This document shows positions 37,607 through 51,436 of a stretch of 64,000 nucleotides of DNA, in pieces (positions within the stretch are counted from its first letter, which is position 1; each line of letters opens with the position of its first letter). The notes below the pieces were generated by a model. It was not told the origin of the DNA and did not search any database. It worked only from the letters and a program-made list of their open reading frames with translations. Origin of the DNA: Lepidodermella squamata. Its lineage: Eukaryota; Animalia; Gastrotricha. The DNA lies in contig JBLDXI010000042.1 in the NCBI GenBank assembly GCA_047495785.1, positions 3,906,001-3,970,000 on the forward strand, given 5' to 3'. A program made the position numbers and the translations under genes.

Positions 37607-40197
37607 ATGAAGTGCGTTACGGTGTTGCTTATCAGCTGTCTAATGATTGCTGAAAGTCTTTCTCAGGAGTCGGAGCAATACTGGCAGACTTATCCAGAAC
37701 TTACTAACCGGCTACCTGTCAACTTGGATCCGATATGGGAAGTCGCAGCTTCAAGCACGGGAGAATGTTTCACCTACTGCTTGATGAAGAATTGCAGCAG
37801 CGTTGGGTTTAGCCAACTTTTCAACTCTTGCAAACTTTACTGGCACAATCTAGCAAAACCTCTTCCTGATCTAGGCGTGGACCCAACGGGAATGCAACAT
37901 CAGATGCATTACAAGAAGCTATTCTGCCCGGCGGGTTGGGAGGCAGATCTTTTGTCACGGAAATGTTACTACATGGACATAATGCCCAAGCTCAGATCAC
38001 AGGCTTGGCAAACTTGCGAAGAAAAGCTCATGTCTGAGATGGTGATGTTCCAGACCCGCCAACAACGGGATCGGTTATACGCGGTAAGTTATAATGGCGA
38101 TGGATACAACGTCATATCTATTTGTTCTTAATTAAGATTTTAAACGATAAATATCCTTCTGTTTCGAAATGGTGGACGGGTTATGCTCTGTTTGATAGTA
38201 TGCTATGGCCTCGGCCGATTGACGAGGTTCCTGGTTACAGGGTGTATCGCGGCGACTGCGGCGGGAATGATCTCGTGAGCTTTCCCATTCCGTTAGCCGA
38301 GTGTGCTCAGAAATGCGATAAGACATACCGAGAGCGTTGCCAGGGGTTCGTATACGACTATGGCATCCGGAAATGCTTCCTGAAGTACAGAATGTGTGAA
38401 TTGAACAGCAATAACAAGCAGTTCAGCGATAACGTATGGGCTTACGACAAAGTCCACTCGGGCCGCCCTATGCTGACCACAGTCAATCAGGATTTTGGGG
38501 GCAGAGATGTCTATGGTTATCCTAACGTTAAAACTGAGAAGGAATGTCGAAAGAAGATACGCCAGTGGACTAGTGCTGTTCACGGTGTTTGGTATCCTAA
38601 CGGTGTCGCGGGAGCTACATGCTGGATGCACTTCAGATCTACTCCGACTAAAGATAGCGTCGCTAATGCTGTTTCTTTCGACATTAATGATATACGCGAG
38701 GGCTGGTGTCCTTACGGTGTTCGTTATCGAGACGTGTGCTTGCTGTATATGCGTAATACGGGAACTTTTTACAACCTTCAAAACTGGTGTCGCGGCATGG
38801 GTGGAAAATTCACGCGACCTGATGGTGGCAAGCGAAAATCCAGCCTGTTCTACGCCCTTGCAGGTAGCCCTTACGTCGATTGGCTGGATGACGGCCATGT
38901 CGGCAATTACACAACTCAGTTTGACGGCGTCATGGTTGACAAAAACGCGGCTTACACCGGCTTCTTTGGCTGGTATGGGCCGAGTGAACCCTCGGGAGGG
39001 ACCGAGCACTGTGCTGTTGCTGATGTCCGCAAGCAAGATGCCACAGGAACTTACAATTTGATGAATGATGTCCCCTGCAACTGGGCTAGTGGCGTTGGTG
39101 TTTGTGAATTGCGTAAGCGCTTCATTAGGTTTCAAAACTCAGATCTTTTCACGACTATCCTTAGCAATTACTCAATCGTACCCGAAGGCTTGTCGCTTCA
39201 CTCCTCTTGGCCGAGAATACATGGGACCGATTTCAACAACAATTAGCGGCGCCTCATGCAAATCCTGGTCTACGGGAAATTATTCAAGCGCCTGGCGAAA
39301 CTTCCCAGACTGGCACACATCGACTGCCTTTTGCCGAAGCCCTGATCGCAATGTTATGAATCAACCATGGTGTTACCGTCAAGACACAGGAGCTGCTGAA
39401 GCATGCGATATTCCCATGTGCCGTGAGTTTTGGCATTTTCAAATTGTTTGATGAAATGCAATCCTTTTACCTTGTAACAGCGGAATCTGATTGGGCTGAT
39501 GATCAAATATACGACCTACCTGATGCACCGTACGCTGCAATAACAAGAAATCTGACTCAATCAGACTCCTACCACTGGACAATTGAATCAATAACCCAAA
39601 ATGCAAACGCGCTGTGCCAAATGAACATGGACGATTGTAAATAATATTCCGCTAAATTTTCTGCCGCAATCTCTGGTTTCTTAAAATCTAGGGTGCCCGT
39701 ATTACTACCGTGGCAGCTGCTATAAACTTTTCCGGATTCCGAACACGCGTGATCAAGCTAGAACCGTCTGTGCTCAAAACGGAGCTTACCTGGCGAGCAT
39801 TACCACTAGAGAGGAGCAGAACTTTCTACTCGGCGTTCTTATGCGTCTTGGCGGTTTGTTTCAGCTAACGCACCGCTTGAAGCAGTGTCAAAAGTTTTGT
39901 ATTTCAGAGCAAAGGTACAGGCTTTATGACTACCACATCGGTCTCTATTGGAACACGACCATCAACGGATGGGCTTGGGAGAGCGGCGAACCGTTCGCAT
40001 TCACCAGTTGGATTTCGGGATATCCTGGTGGTAACACAGGGCAATATTTTTGCGGGTATTTCAACAATGGTGGCGACGGTGAGTTCTCAATTTTTGATGC
40101 AGGCATTATTCAGCTCATTTTTCAACATATAGGGTTTTGGTCTTCTTTGTATTGCGAATACTACACTTGGTACGTTTGCGAGACAAAGCTGGCCTAA
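37607..40197 (+). CDS. Secreted mosaic protein B, tandem paralog of A with the same 7-exon structure
   Basis: Collinear with gene A at about 3.5 kb offset; same domains and intron positions; ends in CETKLA like gene A. Confidence 0.85.
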
Positions 40198-40621
40198 GAT
40201 TCACTCCGTTTTAAACCCCGCGACGCATTGCAACTTCGGCCCGGGATTTCTCAACCATTTGACTTGTACACAGAACAGCCCTTCTTAGAAACTTGTGATA
40301 TTCCAGTAAATTTCCAGTGTGATCATATGACAACTTGCAATAAGGATGCCTCGTAACTCCCGCGTGAAGTTAGATCTCCGTTAATGAATAAATAAATTAA
40401 TTGATTGATTAATTAATCAGCAGGTAATTATTCGGAAATTTTATTTTTCAATTTCAGGTCACACCCACTTGAAACATCACTTGGAAATATAAGCAACAAG
40501 CATTTAAGCGACAAACCTTGTTTTCAAGCGTACAACCCAAAATACAAGCTTGGATTTATATCAGTATAAAAGAAAGAAAGAACGAATTCCCGGCGCACAA
40601 AAAATAAATCAGCAGATAGGC

Positions 40622-43270
40622 CTAGACATTGGTTCCGAACTGCGAATAGACAGAAGATTGGTTCGCAGAGCCACGCCCACGACCGTGCCCGCTTGAATAG
40701 CCGCTCTGGTTCGTAACCGGCATAGAAACAGACCCGCCAGTTGGTCGACTCCGCGACGGTGCTTCAGTATAGGATTGGTGGGAGTAAGCAACAGCGACTG
40801 GCGAGGAGTTTAGGCTGGAATTAGGCGAAGCGTCTAGCAATTTTTGAACGCGATCGGGGTCTTTCCTTGCCACCTCAATAGCCTGGGTTAGATCAAGTTA
40901 ATAAATTAAGGAAATAGGGGAAGCTTCTTCAGGGCTCACAGGCTCGATTTTGCAGGATTCCAGGCGTGATTCAAGTGCTGCGATCAAAGGGTAGCCGATT
41001 TCGTTCATGACTCGCATTAAACGGTAGGAGTAGGCTGAAAATCAAAATAAATTTGTATAAAAATAAATCAATTTGGAATTCGATATAGATGTAAAGGGGT
41101 CATTGTAGTCAAATTTAGGGTTTTCGAAACGCCTTAGTTCCCTGCGAAAACGCTCGAAACCTCGGGTTTAGCGGTTTTAGTGCGCTGTCTTGGGGATGGT
41201 AAGTATTATATTTAATTTTCATTTTCTATTCAGTAATTATACGAGCTTCACTTCGAAGGACTTTGAGGAATTTAGCTAGAAAAAACTCTACTTGATTTCG
41301 CTTATATTTGCTTTGTTTTTCTCTTTCCAAGCGATGTTTTGACAAGGTTTTGTCATCTCATTTCCAATCATAGCTATTTAATTTTTGATCAAATTCGTTT
41401 GCTTTATTTGCATTGAAAGCTTCTGAAGCGCTCGGCGCACTAGAGCCCTTCTTTTCGCGAAGTGTAGCCTTTCTCCCCATGAGTGAACTGGGAAGCTGTA
41501 GGTTTTGTACATTTCTTTTTTTACTACCTAATGGCTCTATTACTCCACTGTGACCCATTTGGCCATTGGAAAGAGGCTGCCAAAAGAATGTTCGGATTGG
41601 GTGAAGATTTACAGCGCAAGAGATGCTACATAAGGTACTACAGAGAATTGGCGAAAGAGTCATCTGAGCCAGTTCCAACAGGACCAGTATTTGTAGTTAG
41701 TGTTCCTAATACGACTGACTTTGAGCTCGAACTGCGTGGACTACGGCAACGTTGGCGTTTCCGTAATAATGCCTTTCGACCAATTGGGCGTTCTTCCTGT
41801 TCCGGCACCTTATTGATCGAGGTGCTGCTGGCCGTCGACTCAGACACTTCTCTTTTTCGCAATTTTCCGACATTCTTCACTGCCTTGCTAGTTCTGCCTT
41901 TTGATGGCGTTTCATTGGCAATTTTTCAGAATCTCGGACCACCGGCATACTCGGACCCCATACTGTCTTATATTTGGAGAATATCGCACTGCACAAATAT
42001 GTTGCCCGGTTTAACTATGGTTCGCTGACGTTTTTTTGAATTGCAAGGTAAAAGTGGTCGGCCAACTTCCATTTTACCTCCAAAAATGGAAGCTGGCCGA
42101 CCACCCTCAGCCGACCACCTCGTGGTCCATCTCATTGGATGTGTCAACTCTGACACAAGAATAATATTGAGTGGCACAAACAACCGGGCTGGTTTTGCTA
42201 TGGCTCGCTAAGGTTTTTTTTATAATGGGTCCGCCAACTTCCATCAATTGTTTGAATACTCAATTTTCGGCATTATTTTACATTTTTAATGCAAAACTTG
42301 GCTCACCTGAATTGGCGAGGAAATTAGAGCTGCCGTCTGTTACAACTTGAGCCATCAATTCGTCCTCCTCCGATTGCAAAATCCTCAACAGATCGACGAG
42401 AGTATCCATCGCCCATCGACTCAGCCCACCCAGGCCAGATTTTCCACGACCGCCGATATCCACAACACTGATCGGTAGCTGTCGGAAACCGAGGCTGGAA
42501 GAACGATCGGTTTTGAAGGCCAACAGTTGCAATTGCTGGGTTAAAGGCGTTTGCTTCGAAGCGGCATTGAACGGCGTGAAAATCAACCCGACAAAAGTTG
42601 GATCCTGCTGTTCACACGCTTCTTGAGAGCTCACATCTAAAAATTGAGAAAAATATGATTTATTCAATTTTTTTCATGAAAAATTACGAACCGACAGAAG
42701 ATGGGATAGGCATCAGTCGAGGATGGCTGTGGTACCACCCAACAACTCGAACGTTCATCCCATGTGATTTTTTCAACGCATCAGCATGTTCAACGCCCAT
42801 AGCCATTTGCAACGGGGTGATTTCGACCCGGTCTTTTTGGCGATGAGTTCCACGCGGAAGAGGAAAACAAGCTGTTATATCAATTCTTCGATCGTCATCA
42901 GATGGCTAAAGATTAAATAAAGATTATTTCAAATTTTCAAAATTAAAATTGAATTTTAATAAATTTTCTGAAATTTTAAAATCGAATGTTTCACTACCTG
43001 GCCGAGAAGTAGGCCGCAGATTTCGTCTTTTTCAGTGGTCAACGCATGAGTCATACACACGAAATAGACATCGGCTGATAGCAGGACTTGTTCAACACCC
43101 TGAGACTGCTTTTCTCGCCTCGAAATTGGCCCAGAACTGTTGTTACTACTCGGCAATGGAGCTGTATTCCACGCATTATGCTGAGGTTGCGAGGTTTGCC
43201 GCCCGTTATAATTGTCATAGCTCGGCGAGTTCGATCGGCCTTGATTCGGGTAACCACCTCGAGAAGTCAT
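40622..43270 (-). CDS. BRCC3: K63-specific JAMM/MPN+ deubiquitinase BRCC36 (exons 43270-42998, 42905-42692, 42636-42307, 41034-40940, 40882-40622)
   Basis: CMTHALTTEKDEICGLLLG, KDRVEITP, intact JAMM motif VVGWYHSHP-x5-PSSVD, QDPTFVGLIF, and C-terminal helix PLIAALESRLE. Confidence 0.88.
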
Positions 43271-44332
43271 TTTTCACGTGAAAAATTTAAAATAACTAAT
43301 TATTGAAATAAAAAATTCATCAATTCATCATTTAGCGGTTTTATTCTCAAATTCGAAATATTGGTAATAATCATGGTATAGCGTTGTCAATATTATAGCA
43401 ATAATAACAAGTGATAAACGTTGCAGATCAATGATTGAATCGCCGGCTTATTATGCATCCAAATTATATAGATTACTTCATCCTAAATTTACAAGTTTAT
43501 GCGTCATTTTTCTTTACCTTGCAACAACCAACAAACAAACACCATGTTCAGAACTCGTTTAAAAATAACTCGTTGCGCTCACGTATAATTAATTATCAAT
43601 CAATTTTTCGCTTTACATTAATCACGATTAAAAAAAGAGATTATATATAAATTCGAGTAATTTTTTTCCAAGCTTCATTTTTTCCATATTGTCGAGGACA
43701 ATAAATTTTGTAGACGATTTTTTTTGTTCGAAACATAAGCAAAAAAAACTGGACCAATCAGATGAATCAGCGGAGAAACTCAGGACATTACTAGACTAAA
43801 AATCAAGTCATCATGTAAAAACGAGACTGCACCTGTCAGAAAAATCATGTCATGCAACGCGACGAAAAGCGGCACGAAAATTGAGGCATTTCACGTAGAA
43901 AAAAAACGAATCGGCTAAGAAGCATATTTTTTACTGCGATATAGGCAAGATCTATATATTGTGTATAACGACTACAATTAAAAGAAAAACAGCGCAAAAG
44001 CGACTTGATCAAAAGAAGACTACGACGATATATTTAGAGGGTGAGCGATTTTCAAGCCTATTTTGGTTCACATTTTTTTAAATTCTCAATATTAGAGATT
44101 AGAACACATTTTTTGTCATTTATCAAGAGCACTCCTATTTTTCGTTGTTGACTGAATTTTGAAAGGCGAGTCATAAATTGAGTCAGCACTCATGTCTTGA
44201 ATTAGATTTTTCCTAGGCAGAGAAAGCGGCTTTTAGCACACTGTTACACCACTGAAGGCTATGACACTCAATTTAATGGCTAATTTTTCAATTAATTTGA
44301 CCTCTTCAGTTCAAAATAATGTTATTTTTCGA

Positions 44333-47300
44333 TCACAAAAACGCAATATTTTGCCCATTTGTCGCGTGAATTTGAGCCGAAATAGGCTGTGATTGGGCCT
44401 GTTGTAACACCAATTGCTGCGCCGGGCCCGCAGAAGGCGCCCTTGGGCCCCGTCGGTACGACGAAGTGGGCGAAACCACGGTGTAATTCGAAGAGGATGA
44501 GGTCGTGCGAACAACTGAAGAACTCCGCCTTGAGCCGTTGTTGCTACTGGCCGCCGCTAGGATCATACTCGAGCCACTCGCGACAATAGGACCAGCCCCG
44601 CCAATGTGCGTGAACATCGCCGGGTGCCACGAGCCGCTCATACCGTTCGGGCTTATCGCCCCGGGTGCGGTGTTTACATGCGAAATCGGCTGATGCTGTT
44701 GGCCATTCGAATTCGAGCCTGTGCTATTTGAGCTCGCTCGGCGTTGTTGATGCGTCAAAATCGCCTGTTTTCCAGTCTGGACCAGGCTGACAAGGCACGA
44801 CACGGTTCGCGCCAACCGCCCCAGGCCATCCGCGTCCGAATACAAGATATCTTGCGTATTGCAAATGAATTCCTGTGCAATATCAGTAAACAACAATAAT
44901 GATAGCAATGAAAATAATAACAAAATTTGGCGTATTTTTCATTATCTCATTATAATTTATTATTATTATTTTAATATCGATTATTCATCAATCAGGGCCC
45001 CCTTTTTTCGCCCGCGGTTAAATTATCGCTCTATATATTATATTGAAAGGTATCTCTTGAATAACAATAACAACACGGCTCTTCGTTGCACAAAAACTTT
45101 TTAGCGCGAGAATTATATTATTAAACGAGGAAAAACATCACAAAGAAACCCATCAATAATTTACCTCCATTATATAACAATAATAATACACAAATAATAA
45201 TGCCAAATAAGCATCATGTTATATAGGCACAAAAACGATGTTTTTCCGTTTTTTAATACAACGTAAAAGAAAGCATGATATGGAAAACACGTCAGTTTTT
45301 TTGTTACAATCAGAGATTCGGTATTTGAGTCGGCGAAAAAAAACGAAAGAAAAAATCGAGAAGCCTACACACAAAAATCAGCTCTCATCATTATAATAAG
45401 CAAGCGAAAAAAATGAACAGAAAAAAATCGTATTATTTTGGCAAAAAGCCTGGCGTGATTAATACTATATTGTAACAAAACTCATAAAGCACAATTTTGT
45501 GAGAATTTTTGTTTGAAAAAATACTTGATTCTTTTCGATCGAGTATTTCAAGCACTCAATACTTTGTAGTCTAATCAGGAGGGTAATTGAAAACTAGCGT
45601 AGAAACCAGGGCTAGAATAAGCAAGCAAGCACTGGCTAAAGCGTGATCTCGCCACGTAACGATGAAATCTCGATGTTTTTCAGCCGACAAATCAGGCGTA
45701 ACTATCGAACTAGGCGGCGGTGATAGCGGCAGTTGGTTTCGAACCGGCGTCGATGTTGTAACTGCAATATCCATTTCCTCCGATAAGCTATCGCTAATGT
45801 CATTACTACTCGAGTTATGCTCGAGCTTACTGCGATGCGCTTCGATGAGCAGCTCGGCTAACCGGTCGAATATTGCCTTGACCTTGACCTGATCTTGCGA
45901 GCAACAGGTGGTACTGGCACTGGTAGTAGAAGCATCGCCAGCAGCAGGAGGGGGAGTAGTGAAAAGAGCAAGCAGTAGCATCAAAAGGGACATCGCATCC
46001 GTCTAAATCGATCGGTATAGAAGAACAACAGGGGAAATATTATTATGAAATTTTGCTGCGATTAAAATTCCATAATATTTCAAGGGGAATTGCTAATTTC
46101 TTTAAATTAATTGCTACAGGCTAATTAATTAAAGCGGCTATATGGCTACATGCCTAAAATTCAAAAGCGTTAATACAAATTATCGGGGTAAAATAGGCAT
46201 TCCAATTAGTAATCTCATCAACCGAAAATGCGCTTTCATGCGATCAAAGTGGAAGCACAAGCTGGAAAACTGTTTCATGCGAAAACTCAGCCGATTTTTT
46301 TTCGACGAAGAATCACAGACAAAGATACATATAAAAGTGAAGGGAAGAAATAGTGCATAACAATTAAATAGTGAAGAAAAAAATCATAATCATCGAGAGA
46401 TTTTTGTTCAGAAGCAAGGTATAGAATTGACAAAAAAGTACGACACAACAATTAATATAGATCAAGATCGAAAAATAACGGTTTCTCGTTGCACATTACA
46501 GAATTTTGAGATTATTCAGCCAGAGCCGCGGCTATTATCAACACTCTCCTCCAACTACAGTTCAAGAGATACGACTTCCTTAATTTGTTTTTCAAAATTT
46601 CTAAAAGCACGCGCAAAAGCTTTGAAAGCTGAGCTGATGTTATGAGAGATCTACTGTGATTTTAGAGGGATGAATTTTTCTGGATTTGGTGCCTGTTAAA
46701 TTTGCTACTAAACAGCTTATGAAGCCGAGAAAAGCCAGGAAAAATACTTGGACAATAGAAAAATACGAAACAAAAGCTTGACAAACCTCGCGAAGGCCAA
46801 TCTTACGGCATGCTTCGACAAAATTCTCCGCATTCCGACGGCATTTGGAAGCACTCAAATTCGTCTGAAAATTATTAAAAACAAAGATAAGAAAGAGAAC
46901 ATTCAAAATTTAGAAAATTAAAAGCCAAAAATTAGAATATGGTACAAATAAAACAAATAATTTTTATATCAAAATCAATTAGCTGAAATATTACAATTTT
47001 TGCAAGTCATATTTTTTGAATAATTTTTGAAATTAATCCAAAGCAAAGAATTCTCAATGTTTCAGGGTGTCTCACAAGCTACGCAATTACTCTTAAAAAG
47101 TTCAACATTTCGCAGAGAATTCAGCCAAGTTTACTAAATTTAAGCTTCTAACAGCAGTTTAGCATCATTTCTCAGCAATTTCACCAAAGAAAACCCGAAA
47201 AATCCCACTGGAAATGGTTCGGTGATTTCCGGTATTTTACTGGATTTTTTCACTTTTATTCGAGGTTTCGGAGTCAATTAGCATTGCCATGACACTCAAA

Positions 47301-50300
47301 ATACCCTCAGACTATACAATTGGAAATCGGCTCGGGTTTCAGACTTTCTGATCCCTTTTCATCCTTTTTTGATTTTTTTTTCTATAATTCTTACCGTTCC
47401 AGCGCTTGGCACTTGGATGCTAGGAATAGTTCTAGGCCTCAGGCAATTCGCAAGATGGCACAGCATGACACCATCCCGCAACGCCTCGCCAATATTCGGC
47501 GGCAGTTTCAAATGCAGAAACGACTCAAGAATCGAGCGAATCATCTGCTCGCTGTCTTCATTCGCACCACTGCCGTCCGAACTCGGCGTGTTATCCAGCG
47601 ACGCGTCAATCATCAACGGCTCACGGGGCGAAACAGCAGCGATTGATATCTGCTCGTAATTCGTCATCGATTTGATAGGCGGAGGCGGGTTGTTATTGCT
47701 GTTGTTAGAACTCGACAACAACAAACGAGTATCATCACTTGAGCGGCGGTGATTGTCGTTCGATTTCGACACATTTCGATTCAAGGTACCACCCCCATTG
47801 ACCGTCATCACCAAACCACCGCTAGGGATTGTGCTATCGTTACTGCCATTCACCGTTTTCGAGTCGGAATTAACGTCTAAATCATCATTTTCAACCCCGC
47901 TGTTGCCTAAACGCGCGACTGAGGCCGATTTTTTGCGTTGAAGATTCGCCTGTTGCGCGATAACGACCCCGCCGCCTAGGTTCAAAATTTCATTCTGCAA
48001 CATTCGAGATCGTTCTTTCGCGTCGATAACAGGCGCGCTACTATTGCTAGCCGTGTCTGAGTTCACCCCGGACAGTGACGAGGCTGCCCCCAACAAATGC
48101 GGCTCATCATCACCCCCGACGCCGGTTGTTGAGTACCCGGAATCGGAACTCGCAACAGCAATTCTCCTCTCCTTATCAATCAAAGGCCGGCGTCTCAGGG
48201 CGAAAGACGGCGTGCTGCCTCCATTGGCCGACGCCCTGCCCGACCGCCTGCCCTCCGCATTAAGGCGGACGTTGACGAAACCGTCTGCTTCGGTAACATT
48301 CGCCGAGTTCGAAGTGAAAAGCGCTTTCAGCACATGCTCGCGGCCTTTCGATGTAATGCGAGCGGGTGGGTTTTTCAGCGGGTTAGCGTCGAGCAGCAGC
48401 ACTTCGAGGGTGTGCACCTCGGCGAGGTCTGACGGCAGTTCGGTGATCAGGTTTTCGGATACGTCGAGAAAGACCAAGGGAAGACGTGAAATTTCGCGCG
48501 GTAGAGCACCGAAAAAGTTCTTGCGAGCATTTAAATAGCGCAGATTTTCCAAATTTCCGATCTGCTGCGGCAGTGCTGTCATTTGATTTTGGCTAATATC
48601 CTGCGAAAAATCAATGAAAAAAGGAGGATCAATAAAGATGACAGCGGTGCTTCAATCAAGTGCACCCGTACCCATAAAAATCAAGACGAAAATCGATAAA
48701 CCCAGCAAAATTATTAAAAACAGAACATAAAAAAATTTAAAAAGCAATTTTCCCACATCCATTAAATTAATTATAATCGGATAATTATAAGTTTTGAGAA
48801 ATTTGTTTCCTTAATTTTCTTTTCATAAAATGTTCCAAATATGAGGAAGTCTGTGATGTTTTCCACGGTTTTTTATCGATATTAAATCCAATTTTATATG
48901 TCAATTTTTACCCGCAAATTTCCACCTTCGCATAACTATTTCGAGTCAGAGAAAGAAAAGAGGGCCTTTCAAATTTCTAAAGCTAGAAAAATTAAGTCTG
49001 GAATTCCGGATATCCGCACTTGAATATCAATCACATTTCGCAGAGGAACGTCGATATATATAGTCGAAAATTTCCTATTGCAAGGCTTACCAGGTATAGA
49101 AGCCGATCAAGCATGACGATTTCAGGCGGCAAATGAGTTAACCGGTTATTTTTGAGAAGAAGAACCTCGAGTGATTGAAGTTGGCAAACACAAGGCGGAA
49201 CTTGGCTCAACTGATTAGAGCTAAAAAAAATCATTTCATTTCATCTTTTCACATTTTCGTCTCATTTTTTTCATCAACACGAACCATAAGCTGAGAAAAG
49301 TTAGAGCTTGCAACTGCGAAAGTTTAGCCGGCAGCGACCTAATGACATTTCGATTCGCAGTCAATCGTTCGAGCAGTAGAAAATCACAGATCATCGAAGG
49401 CAGCTCCTCGAAACGATTACCCGTCAAATCTGAGCGAGAATGAAAACAAAAACAAAAATGTTTATCATTATTATACACCGCTTTCCCCACGATTGGCGAA
49501 TCAAATTTATAATATACCAATATTATAGGTAATTTGTCTGGCGTGAAGGTAATTTCAGCCATAACATTATGTTGTTAGGCCCTAGCTACGTGGTTATTTA
49601 TTGCAGGATCCGCGAGTGAAGAGATGAGCGCCGCGCATGATGTTTGCATCATATTTGTTTTGACAGGCCGGACCTCGACATACAATCGGATATATATATT
49701 CGCGGGCCAATATAAAACCGCATATAATAACACCACTCGTCATAAAAAAGGCGCAGCGTGCGAAAAAGCGCGGTTCGCTGGGTTGCGCAGTGCAAAACAA
49801 ATACTTACCTCCGGGGATGCGCGAGAAAAGTGTGTGGCAGGCCGTAGTTATGCCGCATTAGCGCAACAATAAAAGGTAAGTATTTATGTAGCAATCATGC
49901 GCCATATTTTTAGCAGACGTTATGCTCGTATTCCTGAAACAGCCGTTGAACGTGCTCGCGAAATATCATCATTATCATCACGATCATCATCGTTACTACA
50001 GGCCGATGATCGGAGGTCTTCAAGTACGAAGCACTTCCGTTAGTCTCAAATTGAAGTGCACTATTTCAAGGGAAATGCATAGAGAAAACCGGCCATTTTT
50101 GACCATTCATAATTGATTAGAAAAATAATCACTGAAAATCAAAATTAAGGTGGATATTTTATATTTTTATATTTTTTTGTTCATTTTTATCAAAATTTCC
50201 CATAAAAACTAGATATTATATCATTTTTCAGAATTTCCAGCGATTATTTTTTGATCAAAAGTTTTCGTTTACAGGAAGCTGTGAAATATTTACGCCATCC

Positions 50301-51330
50301 GACTGAACAAAATAGGCCATGCATCATCGCCCATGTTGCGACTAGCAACTCGAATTTCTAAATCTGCGTCTCAGTGATATTTAAGCCCAGTTTTACGAGC
50401 AGGTTCTCTCTCGCAGCTTCGAGTTCACTGTCCTCGCGCGCGAGAGGGAGAGAGACACTGGAATTATCATCATCGCCATAATTCTGTTTGCAAACACATA
50501 CAGGAAAGACAATAATTGCGCCTCTGCTGCCAGCACACAAGTTTACTGCCCGCAATTTAAAAATCGATGAGCGCAATCGAAAGTGCTTATAATTGAAAGC
50601 GGATAACGCACGAGGGGCTTCGTATGCTTCGCCTGAAATCTTCCGTTTCAGTTCGTTCGCACTTCAGCCGCATGTGCCAATCTATTATTATTTGTAGTCT
50701 GACAAGCTCGAAATTCACAAACACAGCATCTGTTCGCAGTTGTGCGGCGCCGGCTGCCGAGCATGTGTCTCAATAATAAATTTCCTAGTCCCTTTTCATT
50801 GTTTGCAAAACGAGCACGACCGCTTGAAATCAATATAACTCCGGAATTTTGTCGTGAATTTGAGAAACACGACTAGTGACATGCGAGCCCCAAAAGACCG
50901 TCGCCGAGTCGAGCAGTATGCCGTTGAGAATTCGCGTCGCTAAAACGGCATCGCAAGCCGCCTTAATTTAATATTGATAAAGCGCGCACATGCTCGCAAA
51001 AACAAAAACAAGGGCGAATGAGAAGCAGCAGAAGAAGAAGAAAAACTGGAGAAATTATCAACTCCCATGACGTGATTATCGATCGGTATGTATACTAAAA
51101 TGTTGCACCCATTAATACGACTCACCTACGACGGTCACGTCAGCCAGATCGCACTTGCCTCCGTGCTGTTTTGGAATGTCGCGAAGGCCGCGGCCAGTTA
51201 AAATGAGTTCTCCAGATGATTGAGCCTCCTCAAGGGCCCTTTCAATCGATGTCAACGGTGTGGTCCCATTATTGCTTGTTGAACCAGCTTGCGGTGAAGC
51301 CACCGGTAATAATTGAACGGCTGAAGCCAT
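44333..51330 (-). CDS. LRCH: Leucine-rich repeat and calponin homology protein LRCH (exons 51330-51126, 49429-49285, 49220-49091, 48600-47395, 46864-46787, then terminal exon 44872-44333 or 46002-45571)
   Basis: SIERALEEAQSSGELILTGRGLR N-terminus, LRR array, CH domain (GEALRDGVMLCHLAN.LRPR..IQVPS..KCRRNAENFVEACRKIG). Confidence 0.9.
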
Positions 51331-51436
51331 TTTTGGTTCAACAAATCTCAATGATACATAAAAGACTACTAGTCTACTACGTCATATCTATAAATGAAGA
51401 AAATCGAATAAAAGCAATTGGAAAACTTTAATATAT

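Noticed and set aside
41358-42028. ORFs inside BRCC36 intron 3
   Set aside because: Low-complexity and stop-interrupted; BRCC36 splices in frame without them, so probably transposon debris.
49801-49960. U1 snRNA starting ATACTTACCT
   Set aside because: Only the first 10 nt match; no U1-70K loop, U1A loop or Sm site follows.
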